Positions 55,281 through 64,000 of a stretch of 64,000 nucleotides of DNA are shown here, in pieces. The notes beneath the pieces are model-generated. The model saw nothing but the letters and a program-made list of their open reading frames with translations. It did no database searches and was not told where the DNA came from. Positions within the stretch are counted from its first letter, which is position 1; each line of letters starts with the position of its first letter. A program made the position numbers and the translations under genes. The stretch is from Balanoglossus misakiensis (lineage: Eukaryota; Animalia; Hemichordata): NCBI GenBank assembly GCA_040954595.2, contig CM082579.2, forward strand, positions 368,922 through 432,921, written 5' to 3'.

Positions 55281-56043
55281 TGTTACGACCCGCAGGCCGT
55301 CCGAGCCAAAAATATGCGGATAATAGAGAGGCCAATTTACCTGACCGAGTGGCTTGTTTTACACCCGAACCGGCCAACAGGCCGTAACAAAAGAAATGGT
55401 CAAAGACATCACACGTACAACAAACCAGTCCATTTACAGTGTTAATTTAATTGCAGATACGAGTAATATTCACAATATGTTAACTAAGATTTACAATAAA
55501 CTACAAACTAAACTCGAGCGTGACCAGGTGACCAAAACAAAATCCCTACCAAGTTCAAAGTCTCATAAACAGTTCGGTGACTCGACGCACGACGATACTG
55601 GCCTCTCTGTCCGTTTTACGCCAGTGTACAATTAAAGACAGCCACGTACCTCAAATGCAGTTCCGCCGTGTAGTCCACAGACAGCCACGTATTACCTCAA
55701 ATACAGTTCCACAATCACACGGAGACGCGCTCCATCAGGACGGCTCCCAAATTCCACGCGGCGTCCTCGAAAACATCCACCACGACTTCACAAGTCCCTT
55801 CGGCAGTGTCAATCCTCAGCTACCACAGAAGACAGGCACTCCATACGGTGGGCTCCAAAAACTCCTCGACAAGGCGACAGCACAACTACCAGACCAGAAT
55901 CAAAATAAGCCACACGACAACGTGGCACTGGGTGGCTTTCACACGACCAAAAACTAACACCTGGTCACGCTAATATGTTAAATAAAGAAATCAACATAGG
56001 TGCACCTGACCACGAAACAAAACAAATAAGAAACTTCATCACA
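55281..56043. mobile_element. Solo LTR (763 bp) of an LTR retrotransposon
   Basis: Begins TGTTACGA and ends TCATCACA (TG...CA, 6/8 inverted match). Flanked by CGTG at 55277-55280 and 56044-56047. Shows a strong A/C strand skew, an internal direct repeat and AATAAA at 55981. Confidence 0.7.
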
Positions 56044-59000
56044 CGTGTCACAGTAACACCAGGGTATCTGCACACAATTTGTGGTAATTATTTCTATGTC
56101 AGAAACACCAAAATGTTGCGCCGTTTAGTTAAGCCAATATTTTTGTTTGCAGATTCTGCCTCGTACTCGGTTGACACCACTCACCACCAAAATGTGTAAA
56201 TGTTCTGCTGCGTGAGTTCATCAAACAATATTCATATTCCCTATGCATTTTGTATTTCGGATTTCTGGGTATGTTGCCATTTTAAACTGATAGCTATTTG
56301 CAGAAAAGTCAAAAGAATATTCTACTACAAAAAGTTCTGTAATTGCTGTTGGCCCAGACGTCTGATTGTTAGTTCCTACAACAAATTGTGTAAGTGTTAT
56401 ATAGCCTCATAGGGTTATAGCAAAATATAAATACTTGTGATTTTATTGAAAGAAGTACTGAGATATAACGTAGGTTTTGCAGTGACAAGAGTATTAAAAA
56501 TCCCCATCACAGACTACCGATATATCATACACTGTCATGATGAAAACAGAGTGGTAGGCCTATATGTCTGCGGCAATACAAAACATCAACTCGCGCTGTT
56601 GTCAAAAGTAACGGAAATCATCTTAAAAGTTTAAAAACACAGCAACGTTTGAAATTGATGATCGTCAGCTGGTGAGCGAGGCAAGATGTTTGAAGCTGAC
56701 AGCCTCGAGTTCTGATCTCAACGCTGTACGGCTCGCTGAGTACCAACAAATTAAGGCGAGTCTTTTATCTTCTAGTCGACTGTGTTATTAGAGTTCGTTG
56801 GTGCACAGCTGACGCGCAACGTGAACCTAACAAAACCTTTGGACACCTTCTCCGGAGATAATGAAGGATTCGTCGTAATATATTTGTTGAACGGTCTGGC
56901 GAACATTTCAAATAAAGACGTCTGGTGGCATACAGCAAAATTGGAGATTAATTTACGCTGATTTAGGTCCACTTTCTCCGTAGTCATGCGAATTACCGAT
57001 GCCATGGAGATGCCAAGCGCCCGAACTGGCTCAAGATTTTACCAAATATCTTCAAACGTTTGGGTCTGTCCGTAAAAGTGTGTATCAACAAACTTTATGA
57101 CTGTTCTAGTGTCTGGCAAGGGATATCTCCCTTGCATTGTAATGTATACCATCCTTTGAACCGCCAATATTTGCTTGGATTCAACCGCCTGTATTTATTC
57201 CACAATGACTGGTTTTCGGCGACATCTCGACCGTAGTTCATTTTACCAAAACAACAGTCAAACGCACGCAGTAATGAATCGATATCAACAAGTCTGATAT
57301 ATGTCGTAAATTTGGTTTAATCTAACTTGGTGCTTTTCACCCCTAATTATTAAACATTTAAATCTGAATCAAAATAATCGCATCCAACTTGTGGTAGAGT
57401 CGAACTCTAAGCGGCACACTTTGAACAGCGTCATCATTTATGTCGCCCTGTCATTTGCCGGCAGACGACTTTGATGTCGGAAACACGTTCATCTATTTTC
57501 CCCGCGTTTCGGGCACCTAGAGTAGTATTTCGTAAGTGGGTAAAAAGTGAAGGGTTCGCACTGCGTCGTCAATTGGTAAAATTTGCATTTGTTGTTTTCA
57601 TCAGCCGGCGACTTCTTTTGAAGTAAAGACAGTAGTAATACCTTTCTCACATCTCATCTGTTTTGTTTCTGAGCAAAAGAATTTGGAAGAGAATTTCATA
57701 AGAGGGGTAGAAGTGGACAATTAACACTGCTCTGATAAGTAATACACATCTCAACATGTCGATAAAGCAAACAGATGTCAAAACCAAACCAGATAACGAA
57801 AAAAAACATTCTAGCCATCGCTAATTTATGAAAAGATCCACATCGGGCATGTCTGAGCGATTTTCTCGTGCCTTCTGCTATTGTTTACCCCAATGCGCTT
57901 TATCTCATTCATTGGTGACTTCAAAGCCCAACAAATCCGAAACGCATTGTTGACTTTCCAGGCCTTGTTTTCACAACATGCACAAACAATACAAGGCTGG
58001 TGAAACTGAAGGGTTTAATCAGTTTCAAATTGAAAGACAATTTTCCAAATACTTGACTGTACATGTGTGGCTTCAGACAATGTCCAACTGTACGCTTTTA
58101 ACGAAAAGATTTTGCCAGGAACGAAAAGAGACGCGTTGCAACATTTACTGACTTCGAGACCATACAGTCACCCATTCCATTCAATTCATTTTCTTGGAAT
58201 AAAACTTGACAATTACTGTCTGAGTTTTCTGACAAGTCCCGAGTTAATAACGGGAAGGCGATTGTTTAGACTTGGTGTGTGTTTGGTGAAAGTATTTTTT
58301 TTTACTTCGCATTTGAACCATGGCAACCAGGTAAAACTCTTGTATATTAACATGCAGAAAAGCTACTTTGATGTTGACTTGTTTCAACCAAACTTCTCTA
58401 GTCAAAGGTCACATATTTTTGCAGCAAACTCAAAAACCCCGAAACGGCACTTTTTCCCTGCAGACCAACGTCGGTGTGACGACGATATCATTTATGAGTC
58501 ACAAAACTACCGTCTCTTGTTTTGTGGAACATTCCAGCCTTTAAAATCTGGTATTTTGCAGGTACGTCAAACTTTTTCAATTAACACGACTACGTCAAGA
58601 CACGCTGTAAGTACAATAGGGGGGCAATAAACGCGCGTAAGTCGACGGGCGGCAGAGACCATCGGACAGATGTACCTGGCGTAAAATTTCTATCACCACA
58701 AAACCATCTAAAATCTACTCGTTGGAAAATCTTTTTCTTGGGTTTATTAGAGTAGTTTCCTCTCTTTTGACTCCCTAACAATATTTAAGAAGACCACAAC
58801 CACTGTAGATCATCATTTGTAGTCAGACAGCTATGTTTAATCATGAGTTGTGGTTACAATCCACAGACCACAAGATTTTAAACCACAGAATATTTGTCCG
58901 TTTTAAACTGAGCATACCTGGTAACGTCAGAAATTATTTTTAGTCATATATCTTGAAAATTGATGCATATTAGCGGTTGTAGTTTAAAATACCAAAACAC

Positions 59001-61107
59001 CGGGCCTATAGACAGTTTTTTTTCTGGTCGAGATGCGATGGAATCCGAATTGTAAGCAACTTGTTGAATTGCAAATCAGTGCCATGTCTTGGCGTAACAT
59101 AATACAGCTCAGCAATCTGAAACTCATACGAAACAAACATCCAATGACAAAAATGTCGTCACAGATTGTGCGTGACGTCATTTCGATTTGGTTACTTTGT
59201 GTGTTTTAAAAGACCGTCAAAAAATCTGAATAAGAATCATGGTGATTTTATTTAAACCTTTGACTCAAAAAACAATGCGATTGGTTCACGCGACAACTCT
59301 AATTAATACGGACGACATTCAGAGAGTTGGAGATACTTTGTTTGTTTTGTGTGACGCATCAATTGATGTGTATTATTCGTCATAGTTACAAAAAACTGTG
59401 TCAAATCTTAAAAGTGTGCTTCCCTGGAAATGAAAATTACTGTATGGCAATAAATCATGCATGATAGTCATTTTTTGTACTTTTTGAAACCGGTGATTAG
59501 GGGACATAACAGACTATTTAATATAAAGGAAAATTGCGAAGATTAGAAATGACAATGCAGCAAATAAGAGCAAGAGTTGATTTCATCTCAGGTCAAATGT
59601 GTGCGTATTGAGCGAAATTGAAAACGCTGATGGTGTTTAAGATTCGTTTGACAGATTTATGACAAATAACTCATCAATTTACCTTGTCCGTCATTAATAC
59701 TCAAATAAATCAATGTCCGAATTCAAAGAAAGCTTCGCCCATTCAGGTACACCGTATGTTTGATTTCATAACGAGGGAATAATATGCAGGCTGTTTCTGG
59801 TGTTATATCGAAAGGCCAAAAATAACATGAGGTTGTACCGAAGCGGGTGTGGAAAATCTGTTGCATTATATTAGTCGCTATTTACATTTGAGTTTCACAG
59901 ACCAAACATTTTCGAGAGGATTTTACAAAATTATATTCCCGAAATTGGCAAACTTGAACGATGCGGTCCTTTTTTATGTCAGTGGGGAAAGAGAGACAGA
60001 AATGAGAACAAAGACCTGAGAAGCGATAGAAATTTGATCTGAAGCAGGGAGTTCACAGAATTCACAGAACAACACACACATTGTAAATTTCACACAAAAA
60101 ATATTTTCAATTGCTTTCTTATTAAAACACAGCATGACTGTCAGAAATTGTCGATTACAAATGAAAACAGGCACAAGAATAATTTATGGAAGGGACACCG
60201 TTTGAGAGTCTTTGTGCTCAGGTCCCCTGCATCTCAACTGATAGATAGCTGGAAAGACCACTATATTTAATTGCGACCACTTTCGGACATTGTCATGAGG
60301 AGATTCCCATTTATCAGTTCGTCCCTTGAGTCAGTGTTTGTTCCTTGTAACATTTCAACGCTGGCATTTCCAACTTGTACGTCAACACAATGGCATTGTC
60401 CCTGGTGACCTGTGCCCACAGAAAGCAACAGTCTCTCCGGTTCCACTCCAATTCTTCAGATACCTCATTACAAACGTTTAACCAAAGGTCTACGCCTCGA
60501 CAAATAATTTATGTAAACGCAGCGCGCTTCGCTGCCGTGGAAACCAGTGACACGTCGCCATGACTACGTGGCTAGTCCTGCCCTATTGCACGGTTATGTT
60601 TCAATCTGTTGTGTATAGAGATCTGTACACACAAATGGCAAGCCATGTAATACCAACTCTACATCAATATGGAAGGAGAAAAGTGAAAATCAACATGGCA
60701 AAACTTGAAATCGACTGCATGGAAGTTTACAAATTAAAATCTTTGGATAAGCTTATTGCTTGACCAAATGTTAACATTCGGCCAGAATGCGAACTTCCAA
60801 ATAGACATTAGGCTGAGAGAGACGTATTACCAGTCTGTCTCTGGGCAGGGCTGAATGGTCACTCCTTATTCTGAGCCATTTCAGATTCCGTGTCAATTCG
60901 TCCACCAATTAACAAATACACCAGTCAAAGGTATGTGAAAGTCTAGCTGGTATTATAGTCACTGTTCATATACTTGAGTTGAACAACTGTATACTTCATT
61001 CAATATGTGGTCACCTTGTGTGTAAGTCTACACTTGATCTGGCAATTTGCCCAGTTTTATAGACGACGAGTCTCGGCTGACAGAAAATCGCAGCAAAGTA
61101 TTGGTCA

Positions 61108-62250
<1,143 letters not shown>

Positions 62251-62556
62251 TTAGAAAGGCACAAAGGTAATATGTTAGTCCTAGCCTCCGAGCCACAAAG
62301 CCAATTTAGTTTTGTCAAACGTTTCGCATCATCGCATTTTCTGTGGTGAGTGAAGTCTCTCCTCCCGACTGTCTTGCTCTGTGCGTACGCCACTTACGGT
62401 CATCCGGTCTTGGTCAGAAGGTCTCGCTCCGGTGTGTCTCAGTGGCCAACCGATGGCCGATATGTGCCAGAGTGGACGATGCTAGCCCATATGATGTATG
62501 ACCGAACAGAAAACAAAACAAGAGAGAACCTCACACATGTCAGGTAGCTCGGAGGT

Positions 62557-62655
62557 GGGCGGGGCTTGTCCTCTTATACACCAATCGTGGAGTGTCTCTA
62601 GTAATTGATTACGGAATAAGTGGTGTCTAACTCCTGCTTGCTTTGTGTTTATTGG
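62557..62655 (-). promoter_or_regulatory. Candidate FAM181 core promoter
   Basis: On the - strand: CCAAT (62651-62655), inverted CCAAT (62581-62585), TATAAGA (62572-62578) and GC box GGGCGGGG (62557-62564). Confidence 0.45.
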
Positions 62656-64000
62656 TAGACGCAGCAAACATCGCCTCCACTCTGTTGATCGAACAAACGG
62701 ACAAGCCCGTATCGCCAAACACATGACCTCCACTAATTAAAGAGATCTTTGTGTCAGTTATATTAAATTCAGTGCAAAAACCAACAAAAGACAAAGCGAG
62801 GTACCCGGCAAACCCTGGCACAAAGGCCATGCCAGTGATAGTGGAATGCATAGGGACCACGTATCGAATCCAAATGAAGGCGAAAGACGGGATTTTTTTC
62901 CTGCAGAAAGATCTTTGCCAGTGTCGACTTTAATTGAAATCGGTGTCAGTAGTCAGCTCTGTTTTCCGCACTGGCCGCGTCAGTTGAAGGTACCTGTTAT
63001 AGACCGCGGTTCGACAGAATGCGAAAATAAAATTTTACAAGGGACCGCACAATGTGGTCGGCTCGTGACTCACACTTTCTGTTGCCGTCAGACATTAAAC
63101 AGATACAAACGGCAACTTGTGTCATGTGCCATTACACGTATGCGCATACAATTGATCAATGACCACAATTTCTTCTCAATTAGCCAGAGACAATAGTGGA
63201 TGACGCGTGTTCATGTCACCCACCATGCCAGCCGTATAACACTTGTCGATATGCTGTGCAAAGCGCCAACTCCCGAGAGCACAGGACAGAAAATTGCAAA
63301 GGCTCTCTCTGAAACTTGAACAAACTGCGCACCAAGTAACATTAACCCCACAACTGATCAATGCAACACTGGCTATCACCAGACAGATTCACTAACGTGG
63401 ACGTGTCACCATAGTTTGGCTTATGCGTTAGTGACACGCAAGTCTCAACCCAGCAAACGTTTGAGGGATTAACGGTTTCAGTTTGTTTAGGTGTACTTAT
63501 AAATTGACGCTATAGTTAGGGAAGGCAGGTGTCTGCACTGAATCTGATTAAACCATGATTTCGCTGCCACGAAAGTGTTTCTTCGGCTTCTAAGAATACT
63601 TCCTAGTAATGTGTCTACTATAAGCTGTATTCATGGCAAATATGAAATTTATGGTTGTAGCAGGAATTGTTTTGTGTATTTGTACAGATTCTACTGCGAT
63701 AGAAAATAATTGAAAAAGTGCAGCGACTTTGTAGGTTCAGTCCTGTGTCAGAATGGAAACAGACCAAGAGTTGAATGAATGACACGTGTGACACAACACA
63801 CCTCTGAGTTAGAACTATTTGGAATTGATAGCGGCCGCTCCTTGGGGATCTGACGACAAACTATAGTTAATACCCCTGATGTCACGATTGGCACGTACTT
63901 TCACATGCGTCTTCGGAAGCGGCACAATTTTGTGCGGTGAAAATAAATGTCACTTTCAATGGGTATACATATAGTACAACACAGGCTGTTTATTGGCCTG

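Noticed and set aside
55577-55957. 126-aa ORF
   Set aside because: It lies wholly inside the solo LTR, has a non-ATG start and shows no gag/pol motifs.
58067-58630. 187-aa ORF in the gene-free interval
   Set aside because: Non-ATG start, no recognisable domain and no supporting splice structure.

Overview
Animal genomic DNA: AT-rich and intron-dense with short GT-AG introns. Gene content suggests a marine invertebrate, possibly a hemichordate-like deuterostome, but this is inference. I spliced nine protein-coding genes by hand. In order they are CHM/REP1 (5' part, -), an SLC36 amino-acid transporter (+), NUP98-NUP96 (35 coding exons, -), two head-to-head TNF-receptor-superfamily paralogues (-/+), MAGOH (-), an INPP4 phosphatase with an N-terminal PLEKHJ1-like PH domain (+), RNF14 (-) and, after about 13 kb without genes, single-exon FAM181 (-). 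Non-coding elements include a 34-bp perfect hairpin, a TTAA-flanked piggyBac-type mini-element with a decayed second copy, a TA-flanked MITE, a 763-bp solo LTR with a CGTG target-site duplication and a higher-order GAT/GGT satellite. The best candidate for an undescribed system is the TNFR pair. Both lack a death domain; one has TRAF motifs and an intronic kappaB site, the other has no TRAF motif and an intronic ISRE. No CRISPR array, rRNA or tRNA was seen. Most short ORFs in the supplied track are exon fragments or noise. Homology calls are from memory, not database searches.
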